A program made the translations under genes and the position numbers. The notes under the pieces are model-generated. The model worked only from the letters and a program-made list of their open reading frames with translations, had not been told where the DNA came from and did not search any database. From Spirochaetales bacterium (GTDB lineage Bacteria > Spirochaetota > Spirochaetia > JABMQR01), in the NCBI GenBank assembly GCA_018399255.1, contig JAGYPA010000003.1:58032-122031 (forward strand): a stretch of DNA of 64,000 bases. Reading direction: 5' to 3'. Positions 38,503-48,332 of the stretch are shown here, piece by piece (position 1 is the first letter of the stretch; the number at the start of each line of letters is the position of its first letter).

Positions 38503-39120
38503 CTAAACGAAGGATACGCCGACCCTTTTCAGCTCATCAACAGCCCTTCGGACGCTTCCCTGCGGAACACCGACGCCCCTGACTCCGTCTTTGAGAATCG
38601 AAACAGATAAACCAAGCCCGACCGCATCCATGGCTGAATAAAAAACACAGTAGTCAATTGCAAGGCCGCAGAGAACTACCGAGGAAATATTGAGATTATG
38701 CAGGCATCCGGCCAAACCGGTGGGAGTAACCCGGTCGTTTTCAAAAAAGGCCGAGTAGGAATCCATTTGCGGTGTTGTTCCTTTGCGCAGCAGCAGATTG
38801 CAGGAATCGGTGTTGAGATCCGGGTGGAAATCAGCACCGCTGGTACCCGCAACGCAATGATCCGGCCACAGCATTTGCGGTGCCTTGCCGATGGTGATGG
38901 TGGTGTAGGGATTCTGACCGGGGTGACTGGAGGCAAAGGAGATATGTTCCTTCGGGTGCCAGTCCTGGGTTGCGGAAGTAAACGCAAACTGCTCGCTTAC
39001 CGCATTGATAACCGGAATAACGGCATTTCCATCCGGTACGGCTAACGCACCCCCGGAGCAGAAATCATTCTGTACGTCAATTATGATAAGGGCTGAATCT
39101 TTAAACTTGTTTTTTTTCAT
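38503..39120 (-). CDS. Isochorismatase-family cysteine hydrolase (nicotinamidase/pyrazinamidase PncA-like)
   Basis: ALIIIDVQNDFCSGGALAVPDG N-terminus typical of PncA. The start moves to MKKNKF. Confidence 0.7.
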   Translation of the reverse strand: MKKNKFKDSALIIIDVQNDFCSGGALAVPDGNAVIPVINAVSEQFAFTSATQDWHPKEHISFASSHPGQNPYTTITIGKAPQMLWPDHCVAGTSGADFHPDLNTDSCNLLLRKGTTPQMDSYSAFFENDRVTPTGLAGCLHNLNISSVVLCGLAIDYCVFYSAMDAVGLGLSVSILKDGVRGVGVPQGSVRRAVDELKRVGVSFV

Positions 39121-39187
39121 ATTGTTCTCCTTTTTCATTCTCCGGCAGGCATCAGGCATCAGGCAGCTATGTTCGATTCCGGCAGCG

Positions 39188-39814
39188 CTAGTTCGTTTCA
39201 GCTCGCTTCAGCTCAATTCCAATAAGGAAAATCTCGAAGGAGTCCTTTCTGCAGGCTTTTGGCTTGAATGTCTTTACCCGGGCAAACAGATTCCTCATGG
39301 CTTTGACCACGTCCTGCTCACCGCCCCCCTGAAAAAGTTTAATTACCAGATTACCGCCCGGATGCAGCAATTGAGGGACCAGAGAAATAATTGATTCTGC
39401 CAGTCCCTGGGAACGCAGACAGTCAACAGATCGGTTTCCGGTGGTTGACGGAGCCGCATCACTGATCACGGCATGATACGGACCGTGACTGGATATCTGG
39501 TCCATTTGTTCCGGAGCGAATGCATCGCCGGTTAGAACCGTTACCTGGGCGGGGAGAGGATCGAGTATCAGCGGCTTTAAATCAACAGCGACAATGCGTC
39601 CTTGTCCCTTCAAAAGCTTACGATGCACATAGAGTGTCCAGCTTCCCGGAGCTGCGCCAATGTCGAGAACCGTGTTTCCGGGTTTAATTATCTGGAATTT
39701 CTGCTGAATTTCTTCCAACTTGTAGACAGAACGGGCAGGGTATCCCTCTTTTTTTGCCTTTAAAGAATAATAATCAAGCTGAGATCGTGAATTACCGCCC
39801 TTCTTGCCTGCCAT
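39188..39814 (-). CDS. rlmE: 23S rRNA (uridine-2'-O)-methyltransferase RlmE (FtsJ)
   Basis: RSVYKLEEIQQKFQIIKPGNTVLDIGAAPGSW FtsJ SAM-binding motif. The start moves to MAGKKGG. The ORF track extends 53 codons upstream. Confidence 0.8.
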   Translation of the reverse strand: MAGKKGGNSRSQLDYYSLKAKKEGYPARSVYKLEEIQQKFQIIKPGNTVLDIGAAPGSWTLYVHRKLLKGQGRIVAVDLKPLILDPLPAQVTVLTGDAFAPEQMDQISSHGPYHAVISDAAPSTTGNRSVDCLRSQGLAESIISLVPQLLHPGGNLVIKLFQGGGEQDVVKAMRNLFARVKTFKPKACRKDSFEIFLIGIELKRAETN

Positions 39815-40217
39815 TTCCGCAGTATAGCATAAAAAGCAGTCAGAGAACATATAGGGGGGATAATCAGTAGTATAGTATAGCTGAATAAAGACAGCGGCCG
39901 AACAGTAACACTGCCGGCCGCCGGGATAAGAAATAAGAAATAAGGAAACATAGAAACCGGAAGCCAGGATCAACGATCCAGCTTTCAGTTATAGGGGGAA
40001 GTATGAAAACCCCTGACTGCTTTGATACTATAAAAGCAAAGATCGTGCCAACTATTTTGCGAAAATAAAAAAAGTGCCAATCTGTCTCAATAGCGATTCT
40101 ATGCTGAAAGAAAGCCGGGTAACAGGCTCCTTTACGCTTTATTACAATCCAAGGCAGGTAAATTGCCGTGTGAAAAATATTCCATTTGCCCGATAGTGAT
40201 AAAAATATTCACACCTT

Positions 40218-40272
40218 GTGAATAAAACTTGTGAATAAAGGTGGATAAAGCTTGTGGATAACTTGTGGATAA
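40218..40272 (+). promoter_or_regulatory. Cluster of five DnaA-box-like 9-mers, all in the same orientation
   Basis: TGTGAATAA (40218-40226), TGTGAATAA (40230-40238), GGTGGATAA (40240-40248), TGTGGATAA (40253-40261) and TGTGGATAA (40264-40272). These equal the reverse complement of the TTATCCACA consensus. AT-rich sequence flanks the cluster. Confidence 0.55.
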
Positions 40273-40321
40273 CTCAAAATTATATTATTGACACAACGAG
40301 TTCAATAAGTATTCTTTTGAT

Positions 40322-41359
40322 ATGATTACACGATTGGAACGAATTGAGAGCTATCTGAAGGTAATCCTGCCGTTGTATCCTGACCGCAGCTGGGTGGACA
40401 GGATAGCAGGAGAGGAGATTGAAGACCCCGATCTGGAGCAGTATCAGGCATTCTGCCAACCAGCCTCAGATCTGGTAAACCGGGGAGGAAAGCGTTGGCG
40501 GCCGCTCCTTATGGTGTTGACAGCCGAGGCGGCTGGAGGACCGGAAGCGGCAGAGAGAGCATACCCCCTTACAGCAGTGGTTGAATTTCCCCATAACGGA
40601 AGCCTGATTATTGATGATATTGAAGACAGTTCAGAATGGCGCCGCGGAGAGAAGGCTGTCCACACTATCTATGGAACCGATATTTCCATCAATGCCGGGA
40701 ACCTGCTCTATTTTCTGCCGACCGTATCTATCGATTCGGCAGCCCTTGCCAATGAACAGAAACTTGCAGTCTACCAGATTTATTCCCGTTATATGAGAAG
40801 AGTACATCTGGGACAGGGGCTCGATATCCACTGGCACCGGAACCCTGAAATTTTTCCGCAGGTCGGGGAGTATCTTCAGATGTGCCGTTTCAAGACAGGG
40901 TGTCTGGCCGGCATGAGTGCGGAAATAGGAGCAGCGGCAGCAGGGTGGAAACCCGAAAGAACCAGGATATGGGGCCGGACAGCAGAGAAAATCGGGGTCG
41001 GGTTTCAAATACGCGACGATGTGGAAAACCTTCACACGGGAAATCCGGGAAAACGTCACGGGGATGATATTGTCGAAGGGAAAAAGAGCCTGCCGGTAAT
41101 TCTCCATCTCCGGGAGTGTCCGGAAGATATTTTCCGGATGACTGAATTGTTTGCCGAGGCGGCCAGAAAAGGGGTCGACGGTGCAAAAGATGAAATTGAT
41201 GAGGCGGTAGCGATGATAGCCGGTTCAAGCGCCCTGGATAAAGCCGAAGCTATGGGTGAGAAGCTGCTTCATGAGGCCTTGGAAGAGGTTTCCGAGATAT
41301 TCGAACCCTCTCCAGCACGCGACCAGCTGACCAGTCTGGTGGAAAAGTTTATTCGCTGA
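40322..41359 (+). CDS. Polyprenyl (trans-isoprenyl) diphosphate synthase
   Basis: First aspartate-rich motif LIIDDIED and second FQIRDD. Confidence 0.8.
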   Translation: MITRLERIESYLKVILPLYPDRSWVDRIAGEEIEDPDLEQYQAFCQPASDLVNRGGKRWRPLLMVLTAEAAGGPEAAERAYPLTAVVEFPHNGSLIIDDIEDSSEWRRGEKAVHTIYGTDISINAGNLLYFLPTVSIDSAALANEQKLAVYQIYSRYMRRVHLGQGLDIHWHRNPEIFPQVGEYLQMCRFKTGCLAGMSAEIGAAAAGWKPERTRIWGRTAEKIGVGFQIRDDVENLHTGNPGKRHGDDIVEGKKSLPVILHLRECPEDIFRMTELFAEAARKGVDGAKDEIDEAVAMIAGSSALDKAEAMGEKLLHEALEEVSEIFEPSPARDQLTSLVEKFIR

Positions 41360-41365
41360 TTTTTC

Positions 41366-42073
41366 GTGTCAGACACTTATTTGTTCTGCCTCCCAATATT
41401 GACTACTGCCGATGAAATTTGTATGTTTGTTGGGATGGAAAAAAAATTATTGCACAAGCAGTTTACCTATACCTTCTCTAACGTAACCCTGAAGCTGATT
41501 ATTATCAATGTTGTGGTGTTTTTTCTTACATCAGCAAGTAGGGATATTCTCATTTACGGTTCACTTATACCCGCACTGATAATACGGGACCACTATTACT
41601 GGCAATTTTTTACCTATATGTTCTTTCACTCCAATATTACCCATCTGCTGTTCAACATGCTCGGGCTGTTTTTCTTCGGTTCTCAGGTGGAAAAACGGAT
41701 TGGAAGCCGGGAGTTTCTGCTTTTTTATCTGCTTATAGGTACCTTGGCAGGGGTATTCTCCTATTTTGTCTACATATGGAGCGGGAATTACGTCGTTATT
41801 CTTCTCGGTGCGTCAGGGGCAGTATATGGGGTACTGCTGGCTTTTGCCGTCTTTTTCCCTTTTGCCCGGATTTTTGTCTTTGGAGTTCTTCCGGTACAGG
41901 CCCCGGTTCTCGTTGTCGTGTATACCATCATCGAGATTTTCAGTCAGATGACAGGAGCGAGCTCGGGGGTTGCCCATCTTACCCACCTTGCAGGTTTCGC
42001 ATTTGCCTATCTCTATATACTGATCAGGATGCAGATCAACCCTATCGATGTCTGGCGGCGAACCCGCAGATAA
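41366..42073 (+). CDS. Rhomboid-family intramembrane serine protease
   Basis: GASGAVYGVL (GxSG) and a downstream AHLTHLAGF histidine, with a 6-TM layout. The true start may be the internal Met at about 41423-41435. Confidence 0.7.
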   Translation: MSDTYLFCLPILTTADEICMFVGMEKKLLHKQFTYTFSNVTLKLIIINVVVFFLTSASRDILIYGSLIPALIIRDHYYWQFFTYMFFHSNITHLLFNMLGLFFFGSQVEKRIGSREFLLFYLLIGTLAGVFSYFVYIWSGNYVVILLGASGAVYGVLLAFAVFFPFARIFVFGVLPVQAPVLVVVYTIIEIFSQMTGASSGVAHLTHLAGFAFAYLYILIRMQINPIDVWRRTRR

Positions 42074-42101
42074 GCCCCGGGGGGGGTGATTCCTGAGATG
42101 C

Positions 42102-43190
42102 CTAAAACGCTTGGACTCCCAGAGTTTTCCTGATATCAGCATAACCGCTCTTGATAATATCGTAAATAATACCGATTTTTTCGTCGTGATGAACAAATGC
42201 CGACTTCATGGCATTCAGCGTTATTTTCTCCAGATCGTTCAATTCCAGATTAAAAGCAGCAGCGGCAAGCTCCATCTCCTTACCCAGGGAGGTGTCGCTC
42301 ATCAGCCGGTTGTCAGTACTGAGAAACACCCGGAAGTTGTTGCGGTAGAAAATATTGAACGGATGGTCCTCATAACTTTCCGCTGCCCCGGTTCCCACAT
42401 TCGACGAGAGGCACATCTCCATAGGTATTCTGCGGTCCCGGATAAAATGAGATAATGACCCCATCTTCTCTATCCTGGTTCCGTGTACGGACATGTCTTC
42501 CACAAGGCGAGTGCCGTGGCCTATACGGTGAGCACCGCAGGTCTGGATAGCCTGCCAGATGGATTCTACGCCAAAAGCTTCCCCGGCATGAATGGTGATA
42601 TTAAAATTCCGGTTTCTGATATATTGAAAGGCTTCAAGGTGCTTTTTGGGAGGATGTCCGCTCTCATCCCCGGCCAGATCAAAACCGACCACTCCGCGAT
42701 CACTGAATGCAACAGCAAGTTCGGCGATATCGACCGAAATTTTCGGGTCCTGATTACGCATAGCGCAGAGAATGAGACCATAAGACATGTTTGTCCGGCG
42801 GCGGCCTCGCTCAAGTCCATGAAGCACGCTGGTGACAATCTCTTCCAGGTTCATTCCGCCTTGAATATGCAGGATCGGAGCAAATCTGATTTCCGCATAC
42901 ACCACATTATCGGCAGCCAGATCGATTACCGCCTCATAGGCAATTCGCTCCAGTGCCTCCCTGGTCTGCATAACACCTACGGTTACGGCAAAAGTTTCAA
43001 GGTAGAGCGGGAGACTTTTCTGCTTGGCCCCGCGGTGAAACCAATCGGCAAGCTTTTGAGGATCTGTTTCAGGCAGGGCGATATCCTGTTTCCCGGCAAG
43101 ATCAATGATTGTCTGAGGCCGCAGCCCGCCGTCCAGGTGATCGTGCAGTTCCACTTTAGGAACTTTTCTGATTATTTCTTTCGTTACCAT
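42102..43190 (-). CDS. add: Adenosine deaminase
   Basis: PKVELHDHLDGGLRP N-terminal zinc-binding motif and a C-terminal SLSTDD-type region. Confidence 0.85.
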   Translation of the reverse strand: MVTKEIIRKVPKVELHDHLDGGLRPQTIIDLAGKQDIALPETDPQKLADWFHRGAKQKSLPLYLETFAVTVGVMQTREALERIAYEAVIDLAADNVVYAEIRFAPILHIQGGMNLEEIVTSVLHGLERGRRRTNMSYGLILCAMRNQDPKISVDIAELAVAFSDRGVVGFDLAGDESGHPPKKHLEAFQYIRNRNFNITIHAGEAFGVESIWQAIQTCGAHRIGHGTRLVEDMSVHGTRIEKMGSLSHFIRDRRIPMEMCLSSNVGTGAAESYEDHPFNIFYRNNFRVFLSTDNRLMSDTSLGKEMELAAAAFNLELNDLEKITLNAMKSAFVHHDEKIGIIYDIIKSGYADIRKTLGVQAF

Positions 43191-43304
43191 GGCTTATCAT
43201 ACCGTAAAGCGGAGAAGAAAAAAAGAGATAAATGGTTGCTCTTGCAAAAAGCAAGAGCCTCACCTGTATGGAGCTGTTATTCTGTTGTATAATTTCGAGT
43301 AACG

Positions 43305-44519
43305 TTGATCAAGGAGCTGCATGTGGACCTTCGTCCCTTTACCGATGCTGACATACCCCTGCTGACCGGATGGATGGGAACTGCCACTGCCGTAGAAACC
43401 ATGACCTGGGCAGGTTCCTGCTTTAAGGCACCTCTTGATGAAGTCCAGCTGAAGAGCTTCCTGAAAAAGCTGGAAGATGCCGGGACTGCGAGATTTTATG
43501 TCATAGAAACAGCCCTGGAAGGCTCAATCGAGGAAGAAAGCGGGCAGCCGCTTCGGATCCCGGTTGGCATAATATCCCTGGGAAGAATCGATCGGGTCAA
43601 TAACTCAGCCCGGGTCGGTTTCGTGCTCATCGGAGAAAAGGCGTTTCGCGGTAAAGGACTGGGCGGTTTGGCCGTTGCAGAGGTGCTCAGGATAGGTTTT
43701 GATGAGGAGCAGCTCCATAAAATAACTCTGGGAGTATTTGACTATAATATTCCAGCCCTCCGGTGCTATACGGGCTTGGGATTCCAGCGTGAAGGGATGC
43801 TGCGTGATCAGGTGCAGCTTGACGGTACCTATTATAATCTTATTGAAATGAGCATTCTGGAGCATGAATGGCGAAAGGGTGAATCGGTTCCCGCACATTA
43901 CCGGGAAACCGGGCGTCTGATTCTCAGAACTTTTACCGAGGCTGATGTTCCCCTTGCCCTCGGTTTCTATCGGGATAATCATGATTTTTTTGCCCCCTGG
44001 AGTCCTGTCCGGGGAGTGGGAGATGTGGGTGAAGATTTTCTCACTCCCGAGGCCCAGCGCAACTATATACAGCAGTCATTGGATATGGAGCGGACCGGTT
44101 CCGGCCTCCGGCTCTGGTTAATCAGAAAAAAGGCTGCATCGGCAAGTCGAGAAACGGTAGTCGGGAATATAAGCTTGTCCCAGATTGTTCGCGGGCCCTT
44201 TCAGTCGGCTTTTCTCGGGTACCAGCTTGATCATCGATTTACCGGGAAGGGGATGGCGCAGGAGGCTGTCCGGGAACTCCTCAAGATTGGCTTTAATGAA
44301 ATGGGTCTGCACCGGATCGAAGCCAACATCATGCCTGCCAACACACCTTCCCGGACGCTCGCCCGCCGGCTGGGTTTCAGGGAAGAGGGATATGCCCGCG
44401 GATATCTGGCAATTGCCGGTAAATGGGAAGATCATATTCATTATGTTATGCTGGCTGAAGAATACCGTGAAAGGTATTCCGGCACCAACGGACGGGAATC
44501 ATCGAGACTTTGCAGATAA
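43305..44519 (+). CDS. Tandem-GNAT N-acetyltransferase
   Basis: Two GNAT-like cores, with AFRGKGLGGLAV and FTGKGMAQEAV motifs. Confidence 0.7.
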   Translation: MIKELHVDLRPFTDADIPLLTGWMGTATAVETMTWAGSCFKAPLDEVQLKSFLKKLEDAGTARFYVIETALEGSIEEESGQPLRIPVGIISLGRIDRVNNSARVGFVLIGEKAFRGKGLGGLAVAEVLRIGFDEEQLHKITLGVFDYNIPALRCYTGLGFQREGMLRDQVQLDGTYYNLIEMSILEHEWRKGESVPAHYRETGRLILRTFTEADVPLALGFYRDNHDFFAPWSPVRGVGDVGEDFLTPEAQRNYIQQSLDMERTGSGLRLWLIRKKAASASRETVVGNISLSQIVRGPFQSAFLGYQLDHRFTGKGMAQEAVRELLKIGFNEMGLHRIEANIMPANTPSRTLARRLGFREEGYARGYLAIAGKWEDHIHYVMLAEEYRERYSGTNGRESSRLCR

Positions 44520-45322
44520 CGGGCCCGGTAGTGGCTCGGTGCATGTCCGGTATACTGCTTGAAAACCCGGCTGAAATGGAACTCACTGTAAAAGCAGAGG
44601 CGGGCGGCAATCTCCTTTACCGATAGATTAGTGCTGGCAAGCATAGCGCCGGCGGCTTCCACCTTGAGACGGGTGTAGTATTTCATGGGTGAGGTTTTCA
44701 TCCGGCGCTGGAACAGACGAATGAAATAGGATTCCGTCAGTTCCAGCCGGGAAGCAATGTCTGAAAGAGTAATACTTCCAATAACGTTTTTCTGCATGAA
44801 GCGGAGAGCTTTCTCTAAGTGCACACTCTCCTCTCTGCTGTAGGATGACATCTCCCCTTCGCTCAGCTGGTAGAGAAAAGAGATCAGCTGATGAACGGCA
44901 GAACGGCGCAGGTTTTCATTTTTAGATAACCCTTTTTCCCGGATTTCTTCGAAAAAGAATCGATAGTTGGTTCCGATATTGCTGCACGATGCCTTGTGGA
45001 TATCCTGATGCAGCAGTTCCGTCATTTGCTGCTCATGAGAATCGACCGAGAAGAGAACTGCATAATACGTTATGGGGTTGATGCTGTCACTGGCGCGGAT
45101 GGCATGGAACGTTTCCGGCGATGTGATGAACAGAGTTCCGGGAATGATAGTGCAGAGATCGCTTCCGTTCTGGAACTGTCCGGTACCCTGCAGAAAATAG
45201 TGCAGCTCATATTCTGCTGTACCGTGCTGATGGTATCTTCCGTGCCAACGGATCTCGTCATCATCCTGCATCTGGTAGACAAAAACCGCATCCTCTATAT
45301 TCATTATGTCAATTATATGCAT
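44441..45322 (-). CDS. AraC-family transcriptional regulator (cupin sensor plus HTH), likely xylose-operon regulator
   Basis: C-terminal AraC HTH (LSDIASRLELTESYFIRLFQRRMKTSPMKYYTRLKVEAAGAML). It is divergent from xylB. Confidence 0.75.
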   Translation of the reverse strand: MHIIDIMNIEDAVFVYQMQDDDEIRWHGRYHQHGTAEYELHYFLQGTGQFQNGSDLCTIIPGTLFITSPETFHAIRASDSINPITYYAVLFSVDSHEQQMTELLHQDIHKASCSNIGTNYRFFFEEIREKGLSKNENLRRSAVHQLISFLYQLSEGEMSSYSREESVHLEKALRFMQKNVIGSITLSDIASRLELTESYFIRLFQRRMKTSPMKYYTRLKVEAAGAMLASTNLSVKEIAARLCFYSEFHFSRVFKQYTGHAPSHYRARYLQSLDDSRPLVPEYLSRYSSASIT

Positions 45323-45406
45323 GCCTTATCAATTTTGTCCATTGCAAAATATGCCAAACGCCGTGAGAATAGTTATACTAAGGCTACTATACGGGGAGTG
45401 TCTGTT

Positions 45407-46900
45407 ATGAGTATTGCAGTAGGTATAGATACCGGAACACAAAGTACGAAAGTTGTTTTTTATGATTATGCTGTCCGGAAGATTGCGGCAGAGGCTTCTG
45501 CCCCGCATGAATTGGTAAGCGGAGATGATGGAACCAGGGAGCAGGAAGCTTCGTGGTGGACAACTGCCATAGTCGACTGCTTTCGGCAAGTACCGGCGGA
45601 TATCCGTCGCCGAGTTACGGCGCTGGGGGTTTCCGGGCAGCAGCACGGGTTCGTGCCTGTGGATGCTGAGGGCAAGGTTCTTCGTCCGGTAAAGCTGTGG
45701 TGCGATACTTCTACTCCGGGAGAGTGCAGAGAGCTGACAGAAGCCTACGGCGGCAGGGAAAAACTCCTTGCAGGGCCTGGGAACCTGATTCTGCCGGGGT
45801 ATACGGCCTCGAAAATTCTCTGGCTCAAGCATAACCATCCGGACCTCTACAAGCGGATGGCAAAAATACTGCTGCCTCATGACTATATTAACTGGTATCT
45901 GACCGGTTCCTACACTATGGAAGCCGGCGATGCCTCGGGAACAGCTCTGCTGGATGTTCGAACCCGCACCTGGGACCGGGAGCTGCTTAAAGCCCTCGAT
46001 CCGGAGCGCGATCTGCTGGAGCTTCTGCCGGAGATTATTTCAGCCGGAGAGCCGGCCGGCTATGTCACTGAGAAGACAGCTGAAGAACTTGGCATACCGG
46101 CGGGAATTCCTGTTGCCTGCGGTGGCGGCGATAATATGATGGGGGCGATCGGTACCGGTACCGTTGAGGATGGTTTCCTCACCATGAGCCTCGGTACCTC
46201 CGGTACTATCTACGGGTATTCAGATAAACCGCTAATTGATCCCGAAGGCTATCTGGCAGCATTCTGCTCGTCAACTGGCGGATGGCTGCCGCTGCTCTGC
46301 ACTATGAACTGCACGGTTGCCTCCGAACAGACCCGGGCTCTTTTTAAGCGCGGGGTCAAAGAGTTTGACGCAATTGCCGGAACTGCCCCAGCCGGGGCCG
46401 AGGGGGTCCTGATGCTGCCCTATTTTAACGGTGAGCGAACTCCTAATTTTCCTCACGGAAAGGCTTGCATTGTCGGGATGAATGATCGGAATATGAGCGA
46501 AGCCAATATCGCAAGAGCTGCCATGGAATCGGCTATTTTCGGCCTGAGAATGGGACTGGATTCGTTCAACCGGCTGGGTTTTCAGGCGAGGGAGGTTCGA
46601 TTGATAGGCGGTGGAGCCAATTCACCTCTCTGGCGTCAGATTGCGGCCGATATTCTCGATCTGCCGGTTGCGGTTCCTGAAATCGGAGAGGCTGCTGCTC
46701 TCGGCGGCGCAGTGCAGGCTCTTTGGACAAAGGAGCTTCTGGACGGCCGACAGACTGATATCGGGGATTTAGCCAGGGAGCATGTCAAGCTTGATGGTTC
46801 CAAAGCCTGTCGTCCGGATCCCGATGCATCTGCCGTATACGAAAAGGCATATCGGAACTATTCAGCCTATACAGAAGCACTCAGCGGTTTATTTTCCTGA
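45407..46900 (+). CDS. xylB: Xylulokinase
   Basis: FGGY-family N-terminus MSIAVGIDTGTQSTKVVFYD. GGGGAG ribosome-binding site. The ORF track start at 44996 lies inside the divergent AraC gene. Confidence 0.85.
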   Translation: MSIAVGIDTGTQSTKVVFYDYAVRKIAAEASAPHELVSGDDGTREQEASWWTTAIVDCFRQVPADIRRRVTALGVSGQQHGFVPVDAEGKVLRPVKLWCDTSTPGECRELTEAYGGREKLLAGPGNLILPGYTASKILWLKHNHPDLYKRMAKILLPHDYINWYLTGSYTMEAGDASGTALLDVRTRTWDRELLKALDPERDLLELLPEIISAGEPAGYVTEKTAEELGIPAGIPVACGGGDNMMGAIGTGTVEDGFLTMSLGTSGTIYGYSDKPLIDPEGYLAAFCSSTGGWLPLLCTMNCTVASEQTRALFKRGVKEFDAIAGTAPAGAEGVLMLPYFNGERTPNFPHGKACIVGMNDRNMSEANIARAAMESAIFGLRMGLDSFNRLGFQAREVRLIGGGANSPLWRQIAADILDLPVAVPEIGEAAALGGAVQALWTKELLDGRQTDIGDLAREHVKLDGSKACRPDPDASAVYEKAYRNYSAYTEALSGLFS

Positions 46901-46943
46901 GGGTTTCAGCAAGGATACATTGGTTTTATAAGGAGAAACGAAT

Positions 46944-48278
46944 ATGAAAGATTATTTTATCGGAGAAGAAGAATTTTTTCCCGGAATTGGAAAGATCGGG
47001 TATGAGGGACCGAAATCGGACAATCCCCTGGCCTTCAAGTTTTATGACCCGCAAAAGAAGGTTGGCGGAAAAACTATGGCGGAACACCTGCGTTTCTCCA
47101 TTGCCTACTGGCACTCCTTTTGTGCGAAGGGCAGTGATCCTTTCGGAAATGAGACCATGGTATTCCCCTGGAGCGATCCTGATCCGATGATCGCAGCCAG
47201 AAAGAAAGCTGATGCTGCCTTTGAGTTTACCACCAAGCTGGGGGCAGAGTATTACTGCTTTCACGATATTGATGCCGCTCCGGATGCTTCTTCTGTTACA
47301 GAGTATGAGAGAAACTACTTTGCCGTGGCTGAAATGCTGAAGAGCCTCCAGAATGAAACCGGGGTGAAGCTGCTCTGGAATACGTCAAACATGTTTTCCC
47401 ATCCCCGCTATATGAACGGGGCCGCTTCCAATCCTGAGTTTTCTATTCTGGCCAGGGCCGCTGCCCAGGTTAAGGCTTCCCTTGACGTCAATGTGCTGCT
47501 CGGCGGTCAGAATTACGTGTTCTGGGGCGGTCGGGAAGGATATATGTCTCTTTTAAATACCCGGATGAAGCAGGAGCAGGATCATATTGCCCGTTTTTTC
47601 ATGCTTGCCCGTGATTATGGACGAAAAATCGGTTTTACCGGTCCATTTCTGATCGAACCGAAGCCGATGGAGCCCAGCAAGCATCAGTATGACTATGATG
47701 CGGCAACAGCGATAGGCTTTCTCCGAAATTATGGTCTTGACAAGGATTTCAAGTGCAATATCGAGAACAACCATGCAACCCTTGCCGGCCACACCTTTGC
47801 CCATGATCTGCAGGTATGTGCAGATGCGGGAATGCTCGGCAGTGTGGATGCGAATGAAGGCGATGCCCAGAACGGCTGGGATACCGATGAATTCCCGACC
47901 AATGTCTATGATTCGGTAGAAGCTATGATGGTCATCCTGAAAATGGGCGGTTTTACAACCGGAGGTCTGAATTTTGATGCCAAGCTGCGGCGCAACTCAA
48001 CAGACCGGGAGGATTTATTCATTGCCCATATAGGCGGCATGGATACCTTCGCATTGGCCCTGGAGATTGCTGACAGGATTATCAGCGACGGGAAGCTCGA
48101 TACCATGGTTGCGAATCGCTATAGGTCGTATGAAAGCGGCAAGGGCGCAGAATTTGAAGCAGGCAAGCTCACCCTTGCGGACCTGCGGGATATCGCCGCT
48201 TCCCAGCCTGAACCGGCCCTCGTCAGCGGAAAGCAGGAGATGATAAAGAATTTAATTAATCAGTATATCTTCGGTTGA
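46944..48278 (+). CDS. xylA: Xylose isomerase
   Basis: Classic XylA N-terminus [25 protein letters not shown] and the FHD and WGGREG motifs. Confidence 0.95.
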   Translation: MKDYFIGEEEFFPGIGKIGYEGPKSDNPLAFKFYDPQKKVGGKTMAEHLRFSIAYWHSFCAKGSDPFGNETMVFPWSDPDPMIAARKKADAAFEFTTKLGAEYYCFHDIDAAPDASSVTEYERNYFAVAEMLKSLQNETGVKLLWNTSNMFSHPRYMNGAASNPEFSILARAAAQVKASLDVNVLLGGQNYVFWGGREGYMSLLNTRMKQEQDHIARFFMLARDYGRKIGFTGPFLIEPKPMEPSKHQYDYDAATAIGFLRNYGLDKDFKCNIENNHATLAGHTFAHDLQVCADAGMLGSVDANEGDAQNGWDTDEFPTNVYDSVEAMMVILKMGGFTTGGLNFDAKLRRNSTDREDLFIAHIGGMDTFALALEIADRIISDGKLDTMVANRYRSYESGKGAEFEAGKLTLADLRDIAASQPEPALVSGKQEMIKNLINQYIFG

Positions 48279-48294
48279 GAGCCTCTCAGCATTC

Positions 48295-48332
48295 TGGTGA
48301 CTGCCCTATAGTCTATTGCTGAGGGCAGTCAC
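48295..48332. terminator. Bidirectional terminator-like hairpin between convergent xylA and the regulator
   Basis: Perfect 12-bp stem ggtgactgccct / agggcagtcacc. There is no clear U-tract. Confidence 0.45.

Noticed and set aside
39974-40200. The AT-rich stretch with AAAAATATTC repeats as a small RNA gene
   Set aside because: It has no terminator and no conserved structure. It is better explained as a DNA-unwinding-type AT tract adjacent to the DnaA-box cluster.
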